DNA of 64,000 bases from an uncultured Chitinophaga sp. (GTDB lineage Bacteria; Bacteroidota; Bacteroidia; UBA7662): assembly GCA_964577055.1 (NCBI GenBank), contig CAZNWC010000005.1, positions 50,924 to 114,923 on the forward strand, in the 5' to 3' direction. Positions 46,500 to 56,417 of the stretch are shown piece by piece (the stretch's first letter is position 1; the number at the start of each line of letters is the position of its first letter). Made by a program: the position numbers and the translations under genes. A model generated the notes under the pieces. That model did not search any database. It saw only the letters and a list, made by a program, of their open reading frames with translations, and was not told where the DNA came from.

Positions 46500-47579
46500 C
46501 TACAACTGTCGGTTTGGGAATCTGACATGGAAAATACTGCCATTTTGAGGTTCTGAAGTGACTTCAATTCGGCCGTTTAAACGCAATGCTGCATCTCTCG
46601 CAATATACAACCCAATGCCTGAACCCGGATTTAGATTGGTAGCTCGGTAGAACATCTTGAAGATTTTGTCTACTTCGGCCGGGGAGATACCGATGCCATT
46701 ATCTTCCACCCAAATATCAACCCACTGAGCATCAATTTTTACCTTAACTTTTATATGCAAGGGTACGTTTTCATGGTGGTACTTGAGGGCATTGCTTAAC
46801 AAATTGTTGAGGATGATTTCCAACTTCTGACGGTCGCTTATCAGCGTTGCCTTTTCTTCAATGTTAATGTCCCACACCGCCTTGTCATGCTGGTTTTGCA
46901 AACTTATGCATGCGTTGAGCAACGTATGTATTTGAATGGCCTCTAAACTGATTTCGATGCGATTGTTCTTGTAATAGCCAATGATGTTTTTGATGTATTT
47001 ATCGAGTCGGAGCACACTTTCTTCGATCATCTCAAAATAGGGCAAATAGCCTCCAGCCGGCTCTTCCATTTTGGCCAACTTCACCACGCCTAGGATACTC
47101 ATGAGCGGTGAACGCATGTCATGCGATGCGCTGTAAACAAATTTATCAAGTTCATGGTAGGCTTTCTCCAGTTCCATGTTTTTGGCCAACAGCTGAATTT
47201 TGGAGTCATATATTTCATATGCGCTTTCGATGGCCTGCCTTATTTCTTCTTCTCGCCATGGTTTTTGCAGATATCTGAAAATATTCCCGAGGTTAACTGC
47301 ACTAATGACTGCTTGAATATCGGTGTAGCCGGTATGCAAGATGCGCATCGTGTCAGGTTGGCTGTCTTTGATGGATTCAAAAAACTCGATTCCGGTTTCT
47401 TTTGGCATGCGCTGATCGGCAACAATAACAGGTATACGTTTCTCCGCCAATATCTCCCTGGCTTCGTCAGCTCCCTCCGCCAGAAATATCTCATAATCAT
47501 TACGAAAAGCTGCTCTAAATGCGTAGAGATTGTGACGCTCATCGTCAACATATAGAACCGGGATTTTCAACTTGTTCAT
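46500..47579 (-). CDS. Hybrid response regulator / histidine kinase (REC-HisKA-HATPase)
   Basis: REC domain (VLYVDDE...DQRMP...KPW), H-box SHDMRSPL, N-box LLSNALKY, G1 DNGIGI and G2 GSGIGL. ATGA overlap with the upstream kinase. Confidence 0.88.
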   Translation of the reverse strand: MNKLKIPVLYVDDERHNLYAFRAAFRNDYEIFLAEGADEAREILAEKRIPVIVADQRMPKETGIEFFESIKDSQPDTMRILHTGYTDIQAVISAVNLGNIFRYLQKPWREEEIRQAIESAYEIYDSKIQLLAKNMELEKAYHELDKFVYSASHDMRSPLMSILGVVKLAKMEEPAGGYLPYFEMIEESVLRLDKYIKNIIGYYKNNRIEISLEAIQIHTLLNACISLQNQHDKAVWDINIEEKATLISDRQKLEIILNNLLSNALKYHHENVPLHIKVKVKIDAQWVDIWVEDNGIGISPAEVDKIFKMFYRATNLNPGSGIGLYIARDAALRLNGRIEVTSEPQNGSIFHVRFPNRQL

Positions 47580-49720
47580 CCGTTTTGGATTTTTGGCAAT
47601 TCAATTTGAAATTGGGTGCCCTCGCCAGGGGTGGATAAAACTTCAATCTTGCCTTTGTGTGATTCAATGATGCTATAAACAATCGACAAACCCAAACCTG
47701 TGCCTTGCCCTACAGGCTTGGTAGTGAAAAACGGTTCAAAAATTTTACTTCTTATTTCTTCGGGCATTCCTGGGCCGTTATCACTGATGGTAATCATTAC
47801 AGAATCCACTAAAGCACGCGTTTTTATGGTAATCACACCCCTTTTGTGTTGTGCATTTTCCTGTAAAGCTTGGATGGCGTTGTTGGTAATATTCATGATT
47901 ACCTGATTGAGTTTGCCAGGATAGCACTCCAAAAACGCATCATCATCGAAATCTCTCACCAAATCAATTTTACCTCCCATACTGCTGTTGAGCAAAATAA
48001 GCGTTGAATCGATTCCTTCGTTGATGTTTACTTTTTTCAAGTCACTTTCGTCCAATCGCGAAAAGATGCGCAGTCCTTTTACAATTTCCGCTGTCCTTTT
48101 AGCACCTTCTTCCATTCCATTGAGCAAAATACCAATCTCCTCCTTCAAAAAATCATAATCCAATGAGCGTTGCAGCTTTTTGACCTCGACAAGCGTTTGC
48201 TCACGTTCTGTAACATTGTCGTGCAGACTATCGTATTTGTTTAGCAGACTCATAAGGTCTTGCAGGTCTCTTCTAAGGGGAATGATGTTCGAGGTTACAA
48301 AATTGATGGGGTTATTGATTTCATGCGCAATGCCAGCGGTTAGTTGACCGAGTGATGCCATTTTTTCGGCGTTTACTAATTGCGTTTGGGTGTTTTTCAA
48401 GTCATTGAGGGTGGCCTCAAGCTCATGATTGGCTGCTTGCAAGGCCTGTGTTCGCTCATCTACCTTGGCCTCCAAAACCAGGTTTTGTTCTTTAACAAGT
48501 TTTTCGTTCTCCAGGGATACACGCAAAGCATCGGCCTGTGAAATTTCTTTTTCCCGTTTTAACACATTGATACGATCCGCAAGGGCAACGCTCAGTAAAA
48601 TAGCTTCGAGCCCTGAGCCCATCAAAAGTGCGTTTTTGGTAAAAAAGTTATAAGGTACCCAGCCAAAGTTGCGCGCTACAAATACAAACATCCCAAACAT
48701 GAAAAATGACCATGCAAAGAGAAAAAATTTAGCAGTTCGTTGCCCTTTAAGGCTAAGTCTAATGGAGAAGTAAAGGGCATAAAAGGAAAGCACCAAAGCT
48801 CCTAAATCCAATAAGTGATAACTAAACTGTCGCCACCCAAATACAAACACGATGAGTGCGGCAAGGTACAGTATTTCAAATACTCGTAATCCTTTGTCAA
48901 TGAGCGGTAAAAAGGTGCGTATTTGCAAAAATTGTCGGGCAAATTGGATGGCGCCTATGCCAGTTACTGCACTAAAGAATACTACCGACAAATGATTCAA
49001 ATATGGCGAATTTGGGAATATATACTTGAAAATGTAGCCCAACAATCCAGCTTGGGCCAAGGCTATACCAGCAATATACAGGATGTAAAATAGATAGGAT
49101 TTGTCGCGTGTGCTGGCATACAAGAATAGGTTGTAGAAGAACATCACCAACATTATTCCAAAATACAATCCAGCGAAGAGGTCGGTGCGGTATTTATTCG
49201 TTAGAATTACCTTGCGTTCTCCGATCAACAAAGGCACGCTCATTTGTTCCAGACCTCTAAGTCTTAGGTAGACGGTAATCGTTTCACCTTGCCCAGCTCT
49301 TATTGGGAGGATGAAATGTTGATGATCAAACGGTCTTGTATGGAAGGGCATTTGATCGCCCAAACGGAAAATCCGCATGCTGTCTTTGTACAGGAAAAAT
49401 GCCTCAATAGAGTCGAGCTGCGGGTTTCCGATTTCCAATGCCAGGAGCTCTGAACCGGAATTGTTTTTTACGTGAAATCGTAACCAGTAGGGTGTAGTTG
49501 CATATGGAAGACTCGGGATTTCACCATCAAAAGCTTGAAATTCCATTTGGCTATTGCTCGCATCCTGGATAGTCATTTGCCCACTGGTATCGTTCAAAAT
49601 GGAGATTTGATCCCCCCGAATCATATGGGGTCCGCCAGAGGCAATGTGCAAGGTATCGGCATGCGCATAGCCCGACGTGAGTATCAAAAAAACCAAACCA
49701 TTCAGAAATCGTAGCATCAT
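47576..49720 (-). CDS. 7TMR-DISM sensor histidine kinase
   Basis: Signal peptide, an extracellular DISMED2-like beta domain, seven TM helices, a coiled coil, H-box IAHEINNP, N-box [10 protein letters not shown]1 DNGPGM and G2 GTGLGL. Confidence 0.88.
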   Translation of the reverse strand: MMLRFLNGLVFLILTSGYAHADTLHIASGGPHMIRGDQISILNDTSGQMTIQDASNSQMEFQAFDGEIPSLPYATTPYWLRFHVKNNSGSELLALEIGNPQLDSIEAFFLYKDSMRIFRLGDQMPFHTRPFDHQHFILPIRAGQGETITVYLRLRGLEQMSVPLLIGERKVILTNKYRTDLFAGLYFGIMLVMFFYNLFLYASTRDKSYLFYILYIAGIALAQAGLLGYIFKYIFPNSPYLNHLSVVFFSAVTGIGAIQFARQFLQIRTFLPLIDKGLRVFEILYLAALIVFVFGWRQFSYHLLDLGALVLSFYALYFSIRLSLKGQRTAKFFLFAWSFFMFGMFVFVARNFGWVPYNFFTKNALLMGSGLEAILLSVALADRINVLKREKEISQADALRVSLENEKLVKEQNLVLEAKVDERTQALQAANHELEATLNDLKNTQTQLVNAEKMASLGQLTAGIAHEINNPINFVTSNIIPLRRDLQDLMSLLNKYDSLHDNVTEREQTLVEVKKLQRSLDYDFLKEEIGILLNGMEEGAKRTAEIVKGLRIFSRLDESDLKKVNINEGIDSTLILLNSSMGGKIDLVRDFDDDAFLECYPGKLNQVIMNITNNAIQALQENAQHKRGVITIKTRALVDSVMITISDNGPGMPEEIRSKIFEPFFTTKPVGQGTGLGLSIVYSIIESHKGKIEVLSTPGEGTQFQIELPKIQNG

Positions 49721-50460
49721 GGCGTAAGGCCCAGTTTAAATTCATTGGGCATTATGTTCTTGAGTTCAAGATCATAATGGATGTTGACTTGCATTTGCCG
49801 GATTGGTGAAACTTCTGTATACACCTGTTTTAAGTTTTTCCGAATATTGAAGATGCGCTCTTGCTCAGAAGCTTCGGCTTGGGTAATGGTGAGCGCATTT
49901 TCCAGCAACACAATGGTCGCCAGCAAATCAAGCTTGGGATAGTAAAAGGTGCCGTTATTTCCAATAGATTTTAACACCCGACAACCTACCTTTTCTGCGA
50001 ACTTGACAGTATAGGGAGCACAAAGCGCAAAAATACTCTCTATTCCAACTTGCTCAGCAATCACTACACCAACTCTTGTCGAAAAGAAGGCTCCAATACC
50101 CAAGCCGGCAACTTCCCTTGAATTCCAAAGTCCACACAACTCCGCTGTTCCGTGTTGGCTGTAATCCCGAACAACATCAAAGATGCGTGCATCGAATTCA
50201 CCGGTTGCTTCTTCAATGGGCAATGGTTGTGTGCCACCACTACATTGCAAACGAGCACCCCCTAAAACACGCTCCCCGGTTTCATTTTCAACGATGATTA
50301 CAAAGCTGGCAGGGTTGTATTTCCAATCGTGATTGGCCGAAGTGACTTTTTTGACTCCCGCAACTTCCAAAACATGTGCATGCCCTTCAATGAAACGGTC
50401 ACAAGAAACTGGGTCATCGGTTGCCCTAAAGGCCCTAATCCGTATGGTGCTAACCGACAT
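49717..50460 (-). CDS. GNAT-fold acyltransferase-like protein, function unknown
   Basis: 247 aa. A beta4/alpha3 segment AELCGLWNSREVAGLGIGA fits the GNAT R/Q-x-x-G-x-G/A acyl-CoA motif. It overlaps both flanking genes (11 nt and ATGA). Confidence 0.55.
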   Translation of the reverse strand: MSVSTIRIRAFRATDDPVSCDRFIEGHAHVLEVAGVKKVTSANHDWKYNPASFVIIVENETGERVLGGARLQCSGGTQPLPIEEATGEFDARIFDVVRDYSQHGTAELCGLWNSREVAGLGIGAFFSTRVGVVIAEQVGIESIFALCAPYTVKFAEKVGCRVLKSIGNNGTFYYPKLDLLATIVLLENALTITQAEASEQERIFNIRKNLKQVYTEVSPIRQMQVNIHYDLELKNIMPNEFKLGLTP

Positions 50461-51565
50461 CTTCTCGTTTCAAATTAAGGATTTGCTCCAAATCTACATA
50501 GAACCTGCCTGAAGCTACAGGCTCACCCAATAATATCCTTCTCACTGTATCAGTCACAGTACCACCGCCAAGCATCACTGCCGAGGCCAATTGTGGCCAA
50601 GTAGGTATGCTCTTCCCAAGTTCACTGTAAGAATACCTCATCCTATCAGAAACTTTTTGCACATCTACAATCGACATCAGCAATTGTGTTGCAAGTTGCT
50701 GATCAGGTTGATTCACAAAAGATTGCCATGGTAAATGCTCGATTCTGCCGTGAAAGATCGGCCGGTCAGTTTCAAGATCGAATCGTTCGATGTCCAACAT
50801 TCCTTTATCACTGGTTTCCATCACCACTGGTATTTTTTTCTGCTTCGCCTGCAAGCGCATTTTGAGCTTCATTGACAAACTGTCACACTCATCAACCAAA
50901 ATGTCAATAGGGGTATCTTGCCCTAAAAAAGCTTCGATATTGGCATCTGTTAAACCATCAGTGAAGACTTCAATTTTTAAGAAAGGATCGAGTTCCGCTA
51001 TTTCGCGTGCCATGAGTACCGCTTTGTTCAAGCCTAAATCCTTCAAAGATGCCCTGATACGATTGAGGTTGCTCAATTCGATATTGTCAAAATCAGCCAA
51101 AACCAAATGTCCGCATATTCTTTCCATGGCCATGGTATACGCAACTGCACTGCCGACCGAGAGTCCCACAATGCCCACTTTACGTTTGGCAAGAGCAACT
51201 TGTTCGGCAGGTTGGATTTTGTATTTATTGCGCGATGTTCTCAATTCCACAAATTCGGTTTCATCTAATATGTGAACCAAGCGCCGGCACCAAGGGTAAT
51301 ACACCCAAACGCCATATTCATGTAAACCAGTTTGCCCCAGATGGGCAAAAATAGCCGCATTGATGTCTTTCAAACTGTGCAGTTTTCCCAAATGCCGAAT
51401 GCGCATAAGTTCTGCTAACTGGATTTGCATGGTATCATGAATCATCAAATCAGGATCACTGACCAGCAAATTGAAAATTTCTGCATCATCTTTTTGGTTG
51501 ATTCTGAAAATTCTAGGTGAATACAACATGGCGTCCGCACCTGAACGGTAATCTACATAATCCAT
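50450..51565 (-). CDS. ThiF/MoeB/E1-like adenylyltransferase (resembles the N-terminal half of Rv1355c-family proteins)
   Basis: E1 Rossmann core KVGIVGLSVGSAVAYTMAMERICGHLVLADFDNIELSNLNRI, preceded by a roughly 130-aa N-terminal domain (...VWVYYPWCRRLVHILDETEFVELRTSRN...). No nitroreductase or rhodanese extension. Confidence 0.7.
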   Translation of the reverse strand: MDYVDYRSGADAMLYSPRIFRINQKDDAEIFNLLVSDPDLMIHDTMQIQLAELMRIRHLGKLHSLKDINAAIFAHLGQTGLHEYGVWVYYPWCRRLVHILDETEFVELRTSRNKYKIQPAEQVALAKRKVGIVGLSVGSAVAYTMAMERICGHLVLADFDNIELSNLNRIRASLKDLGLNKAVLMAREIAELDPFLKIEVFTDGLTDANIEAFLGQDTPIDILVDECDSLSMKLKMRLQAKQKKIPVVMETSDKGMLDIERFDLETDRPIFHGRIEHLPWQSFVNQPDQQLATQLLMSIVDVQKVSDRMRYSYSELGKSIPTWPQLASAVMLGGGTVTDTVRRILLGEPVASGRFYVDLEQILNLKREDVG

Positions 51566-51622
51566 GATGATCTTTTCTTGTCTCGTTTTGAAAAGGATAC
51601 AAGATATACAATCACGGAATAA

Positions 51623-51658
51623 TTTGAGATGTTAAATCAAAGAGAAATTCTATTTTTG
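51623..51658 (+). promoter_or_regulatory. Candidate Bacteroidota promoter for the stand-alone receiver gene
   Basis: TATTTTTG (TAnnTTTG) at 51651-51658, 16 nt before the ATG at 51674. TTTG at 51623-51626; the 24-nt spacing is longer than consensus. Confidence 0.35.
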
Positions 51659-51673
51659 AACAAAACTGCGGAC

Positions 51674-52138
51674 ATGACCGACGAAAAGATTCAAGTGCTT
51701 TATGTGGATGATGAAGTAAATAACTTACATTCTTTCAAAGCTGCATTTCGACGTGATTTTATGGTTTTTACTGCCGAATCGGCCAAAGATGGATTGAAGA
51801 TTTTGGAAGAGGAAAATATAGACATCATCATTACCGACCAGCGCATGCCAGAGATGACAGGAGTAGAGTTCCTCGAATCCATCATTCCGCATTATCCGGA
51901 ACCGATTCGCATTTTGCTAACTGGTTATGCCGATATTCAAGCGGTGATCGATGCAATCAATAAAGGTCAGGTATACCATTACGTGACAAAGCCGTGGGAT
52001 GAGGATCAATTGAGAAACATCATCAACAAAGTATACGAAGTTTTTGCCTTGCGCGCCGAAAACAGAGAGCTGGTGAAAAGTTTGCTGAGGGCCAATGAAC
52101 AACTCGAGTTTTTGCTGCGTCAGCGTTTACTTTCCTAA
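51674..52138 (+). CDS. Stand-alone response regulator (REC domain plus short helical tail)
   Basis: IQVLYVDDEVNNLHSFKAAFRRDF...ITDQRMPEMTGVEFLE...LLTGYADIQAVIDAINKGQVYHYVTKPW. No output domain. ATG at 51674 was chosen. Confidence 0.85.
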   Translation: MTDEKIQVLYVDDEVNNLHSFKAAFRRDFMVFTAESAKDGLKILEEENIDIIITDQRMPEMTGVEFLESIIPHYPEPIRILLTGYADIQAVIDAINKGQVYHYVTKPWDEDQLRNIINKVYEVFALRAENRELVKSLLRANEQLEFLLRQRLLS

Positions 52139-52575
52139 GAACCAAACCGCACCTTAACATACAGGAATAACGCCAGCGCAACAGCACCCGTAGCGGCAAA
52201 TGCACCCAAGGAGATGTTGCGAGAAACGACTTCGTAAGCGATACTTTTTTCTGCCCTGTATGCTGTAACCGAAAGCGAAAAGAGCATTGCTGGTCCCAAA
52301 AGCGCCAAGGCATTGTATAGCCTTGGCCTTACTGCCAAAAGTAATTTGGCATTTGCTAACAAGATGTGTAAAACGAGCAGGGCGATATTCAAATAAAGTA
52401 AAGGCTTGTTGTCAACATTGCTGGGTAAAATATTAGCTCCTGCTGAGTAGATGATTTCCCCCAAATTGTAAGTCATCGTTGGCCCGCCCAATTCTATGAA
52501 TGTCCATTTTACCAACGGGAAAAAAAGGGCAAGGGCGTGCAAAGCGGCACAAGTCAGGTGAAGTACAGTCAACAT
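52135..52575 (-). CDS. Hypothetical membrane protein (about 4 TM)
   Basis: Hydrophobic 146-aa ORF. Its convergent end overlaps the receiver gene end by 4 nt. No motif recognised. Confidence 0.5.
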   Translation of the reverse strand: MLTVLHLTCAALHALALFFPLVKWTFIELGGPTMTYNLGEIIYSAGANILPSNVDNKPLLYLNIALLVLHILLANAKLLLAVRPRLYNALALLGPAMLFSLSVTAYRAEKSIAYEVVSRNISLGAFAATGAVALALFLYVKVRFGS

Positions 52576-52663
52576 CAGAGCAATTTGTCACAAAACTACG
52601 ATTAATGTGCATAGGCAAAATGACATGCGTACTTTTGTACCTGCATTCCTTAAAATTGATTAC

Positions 52664-53860
52664 ATGAAAGCTGCATATATTGTTGATGCTGTCCGCACGC
52701 CCATTGGCAAATTGGGTGGAAGCTTGGCAGCAATTCGCCCCGATGACTTGGCTGCGCGTGCTATTCAGGGCTTGTTGTCGAGGCATCCTGCGTTCAATGT
52801 TGAAGATATTGAAGACGTTGTTTTTGGTGCGGCAAACCAGGCTGGTGAAGACAATAGAAATGTAGCGCGCATGGCATTGCTTTTGGCTGGTTTGCCCGTA
52901 ACCATTGGTGGTGTGACGGTAAACAGATTATGCGCAAGTGGCTTGCAAGCCATCATGGATGCTGCTCGCGGCATTCAATCAGGTGATGGCGAGGTTTATT
53001 TGGCGGGTGGTGTAGAAAGCATGACACGTGCACCGTTTGTAATGGCCAAGGCGGAGCAGGCATTCAGTCGGAAAATGGAAATATATGACACCTCTATTGG
53101 GTGGCGATTTACCAATCCAGCTCTTTCTGAGTTGTATCATCCATACAGCATGGGTGAAACCGCTGAAAATGTGGCTGAGAGATGGAAAATCTCGCGTGAA
53201 GCCCAAGATGCATTTGCCCATCATTCACAAGAAAAGTACCAGTTGGCGCATGCAGCGAACCGCTTTGCCGAAGAAATAATTGCTGTTGAAATTCCAGCAG
53301 GGAAGGGTCAAGCCAAAATGTTCATACAAGATGAGCATCCGCGACTCAGCAGTATGGAACAGCTCGGCACGTTGAAGCCTGCCTTTAAAAAAGGCGGTAC
53401 GGTAACTGCCGGAAATGCTTCAGGTTTGAACGATGGTGCTTCCTGCTTGTTGATGGTCTCCGAAGAGTACCTCAAAAGACATCAATTATCACCTATAGCC
53501 CGCGTAGTCTCTACAGCCGTGGCCGGGTTAGATCCAGCCATCATGGGTGTAGGCCCCGTTCCGGCTACCCAAAAAGCACTCAAAAGAGCGAATCTAAAGG
53601 TGTCTGATCTCGGTTTGGCAGAATTAAATGAAGCCTTTGCAAGTCAAAGTTTGGCATGTATCCAAGAACTGGGGCTGAACCCTGAATTCGTGAATGTGAA
53701 TGGAGGGGCCATTGCCTTGGGGCATCCACTGGGTTGTTCAGGCGCGCGTATCACAACCACTTTATTGCATGAGATGCAAAAGAGAAAAGTACAATACGGC
53801 TTGGCTACCATGTGCATTGGCGTAGGACAAGGAGCGGCCGTGATTTACGAAAGGTGTTGA
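52664..53860 (+). CDS. Acetyl-CoA C-acyltransferase (thiolase)
   Basis: Active-site [10 protein letters not shown] and the C-terminal [20 protein letters not shown]...[10 protein letters not shown] at 52664 ([16 protein letters not shown]). Confidence 0.92.
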   Translation: MKAAYIVDAVRTPIGKLGGSLAAIRPDDLAARAIQGLLSRHPAFNVEDIEDVVFGAANQAGEDNRNVARMALLLAGLPVTIGGVTVNRLCASGLQAIMDAARGIQSGDGEVYLAGGVESMTRAPFVMAKAEQAFSRKMEIYDTSIGWRFTNPALSELYHPYSMGETAENVAERWKISREAQDAFAHHSQEKYQLAHAANRFAEEIIAVEIPAGKGQAKMFIQDEHPRLSSMEQLGTLKPAFKKGGTVTAGNASGLNDGASCLLMVSEEYLKRHQLSPIARVVSTAVAGLDPAIMGVGPVPATQKALKRANLKVSDLGLAELNEAFASQSLACIQELGLNPEFVNVNGGAIALGHPLGCSGARITTTLLHEMQKRKVQYGLATMCIGVGQGAAVIYERC

Positions 53861-53861
53861 G

Positions 53862-54626
53862 TTGAAAAGGCGCTATTTTATTCATTTTGCCTACGACGGA
53901 ACCAAGTATCATGGTTGGCAACGCCAGAAGAATGCGCATACCGTACAAGCTGAATTGGAAGCCTGCTTAGCGCAGTTATTGGCTGTTGAAGTGACGACAA
54001 CTGGTCAGGGCCGGACAGATACAGGTGTGCATGCACGGTCGTGTTATGCTCATTTCGACTCGGACAAGGAGTTTCCAGCCGACTTAACTCTACGTTTGAA
54101 CAAGGTTTTACCACCGGATATTGCTATTCATGACATCTTTGAGGTGCCCGAATTGGCCCACGCGAGGTATTCCGCTGTAAGCAGATCATACGCTTACCAC
54201 ATGCATTTTGTCAAAGATCCCTTTGGCCATAGGTTTTCAACAGCTTTATGGCTGGCACCTGATTTCACACGTATTGAAAAGGCAATCCCATACTTATTAA
54301 AGGAGGGTGATTTTGGATGTTTTGCGAGGACGGGAGGAGGGAATACCACGAATAGGTGCCATGTAACGGCCGCTAAGTGGATACAATCTGACAATTCACA
54401 AGCAATTTTCACCATTACAGCTGACCGCTTTTTACGCAATATGGTTCGGGCCATTGTGGGTACTTTGTTGGATATTGGCTATGGAAAACACGAACCGGAA
54501 TGGCTGCAGGAATTGATGGGTGAAGGCAGCAGATCCAAAGCAGGCCAATCCGCTCCGGCAGAAGGCTTGATATTGGAGCATGTTGAATACCCGACTTGGG
54601 TGTTTGAGAGGAGGAACCATGTCTGA
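53862..54626 (+). CDS. truA: tRNA pseudouridine(38-40) synthase
   Basis: YDGTKYHGWQRQ and the catalytic GRTDTGVHA motif. TTG start. Confidence 0.9.
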   Translation: MKRRYFIHFAYDGTKYHGWQRQKNAHTVQAELEACLAQLLAVEVTTTGQGRTDTGVHARSCYAHFDSDKEFPADLTLRLNKVLPPDIAIHDIFEVPELAHARYSAVSRSYAYHMHFVKDPFGHRFSTALWLAPDFTRIEKAIPYLLKEGDFGCFARTGGGNTTNRCHVTAAKWIQSDNSQAIFTITADRFLRNMVRAIVGTLLDIGYGKHEPEWLQELMGEGSRSKAGQSAPAEGLILEHVEYPTWVFERRNHV

Positions 54627-56373
54627 AAACAAATACAGCACTTTTAGGGTACTCATGCGTATTCTAAAGTTGACAAGGCCTTACAGAACGGTTTTCGTGA
54701 CCACGGTAGTGCTTGTGATATGTTTGGCGATATTGGCTCCTTTAAGGCCGTGGCTCATCCAATTTACCGTAGACGGACCTATTCATGACGGAGATTTGCC
54801 CTTACTCCTCACCATGACCATATGGATGATTTTGGCCTTATGTATTGAATCTGTGTTGAGATATGCCTTTAGCTACGCAAGTGTGTGGTTGGGGCAACAG
54901 GCCATCCATGATTTGAGGCTGCGTTTATACAAACATTTGTTGGGCAAACGCCTGAGGTTTTTTGACAAAACACCCATAGGAACCTTGACAACAAGAACGG
55001 TAAGTGATATTGAAACAATTGCGGAAGTGTTTTCCCAAGGTTTACTCACCATAGTTGGAGATGTTTTGCAATTGCTTGCGGTACTGTTTGTGATGATCTA
55101 CACCGATTGGAAGCTAACCCTGGTCAGTTTATCCGTTTTGCCATTATTGCTTTACAGCACCTATGTATTCAAGGAAAAAGTACGCACCTCCTTTCAAGAT
55201 GTACGCAATCAGGTTGCAAGACTAAATGCATTTCTCCAAGAGCGGATCACAGGCATGCACATTGTGCAATTATTCAGTCGTGAATCGGAGGAAATGTCGC
55301 GGTTTAAAAAAGTGAATGCAGAATTGAACCAAGCACATTTGAAGAGTGTGCTGTACTATTCTGTATTTTTCCCAGTAGTGGAAATCATCACTGCCGCCTC
55401 GTTGGGTCTGCTCGTTTGGTACGGTGCATCCGCTGCGCTGCGTGATGAGGTTTCGGTTGGAACAATTATCGCATTTATTCTTTATGTCAATCAGTTTTTT
55501 CGGCCCATACGCTTGTTGGCCGATAAATTCAACAGTTTGCAAATGGGGTTGGTTGCATCAGAACGGGTATTTAAACTTTTAGATACCCAAGAACAAATAC
55601 CCAATTCCGGCCATATGACCTTGGAAAATCCAGCTGGTAAGGTGGAATTCAAAGAGGTCTGGTTCGCATACGACGAGTTGAACCCAGTTTTAAAGGGAAT
55701 AAGTTTTCAACTTGAAGCTGGCAAAAAACTGGCACTTGTTGGCCCTACAGGTGCGGGTAAAAGTTCAGTTATCAATGTCTTGGGTAGGTATTACGACTTC
55801 CAGCAAGGTGAAATCAGCATCGATGGCATATCCATTCGGGATCTAAGTTTGTCGGAGGTACAAAAGCATGTTGGTGTAATCCTCCAGGACGTTTTTTTGT
55901 TCTCGGGTACAGTGGCAGAAAACATATCGTTATTCAATGATGCCATTAGTAGAGAGCACATCATGCAGCTGGCAAGTCTATCTGGTATCGACCGCTTCAT
56001 ACAAAAGTTACCCGGTGGGTTGGATTACCAGGTAGGGGAAAGAGGTGGGGCGCTTTCAACCGGACAGCGACAACTCATTGCATTCTTGAGGATTTTGGCC
56101 TACAATCCTGCCATGGTCGTCATGGATGAAGCAACCGCTTCGGTGGATAGCGAAACTGAAGAAATATTGCAGCAAGCTTTGGTCAAATTGCTGGAAGGAA
56201 GAACGGCTATAATCATTGCACATCGCCTTTCAACCATTGCTGATGCAGATGAAATTTTGGTAATTGAGGAGGGCCAAATCTCTGAAGCTGGTACGCACGA
56301 GGTTTTAATGCAAAAAGGAGGGCAATACCAAAAGTTGTACGAAATGCAATTGAGCAAGCTTTCTGAAGCATAG
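54619..56373 (+). CDS. ABC transporter permease/ATP-binding fusion (MsbA-like exporter)
   Basis: Six-TM domain, Walker A GPTGAGKSS, signature LSTGQRQ and Walker B VVMDEATAS. Confidence 0.9.
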   Translation: MSENKYSTFRVLMRILKLTRPYRTVFVTTVVLVICLAILAPLRPWLIQFTVDGPIHDGDLPLLLTMTIWMILALCIESVLRYAFSYASVWLGQQAIHDLRLRLYKHLLGKRLRFFDKTPIGTLTTRTVSDIETIAEVFSQGLLTIVGDVLQLLAVLFVMIYTDWKLTLVSLSVLPLLLYSTYVFKEKVRTSFQDVRNQVARLNAFLQERITGMHIVQLFSRESEEMSRFKKVNAELNQAHLKSVLYYSVFFPVVEIITAASLGLLVWYGASAALRDEVSVGTIIAFILYVNQFFRPIRLLADKFNSLQMGLVASERVFKLLDTQEQIPNSGHMTLENPAGKVEFKEVWFAYDELNPVLKGISFQLEAGKKLALVGPTGAGKSSVINVLGRYYDFQQGEISIDGISIRDLSLSEVQKHVGVILQDVFLFSGTVAENISLFNDAISREHIMQLASLSGIDRFIQKLPGGLDYQVGERGGALSTGQRQLIAFLRILAYNPAMVVMDEATASVDSETEEILQQALVKLLEGRTAIIIAHRLSTIADADEILVIEEGQISEAGTHEVLMQKGGQYQKLYEMQLSKLSEA

Positions 56374-56417
56374 GAAAAACAAATGAACCTCAGTATATTG
56401 TTAGTTCATTTGCTTTT

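Noticed and set aside
51637-51675. MccA-like precursor peptide upstream of the ThiF-like gene
   Set aside because: The only short minus-strand ORF in the 108-nt upstream region is MSAVLFKNRISL. It does not end in Asn and overlaps the start of the divergent receiver gene. I see no support for a microcin C-type precursor.
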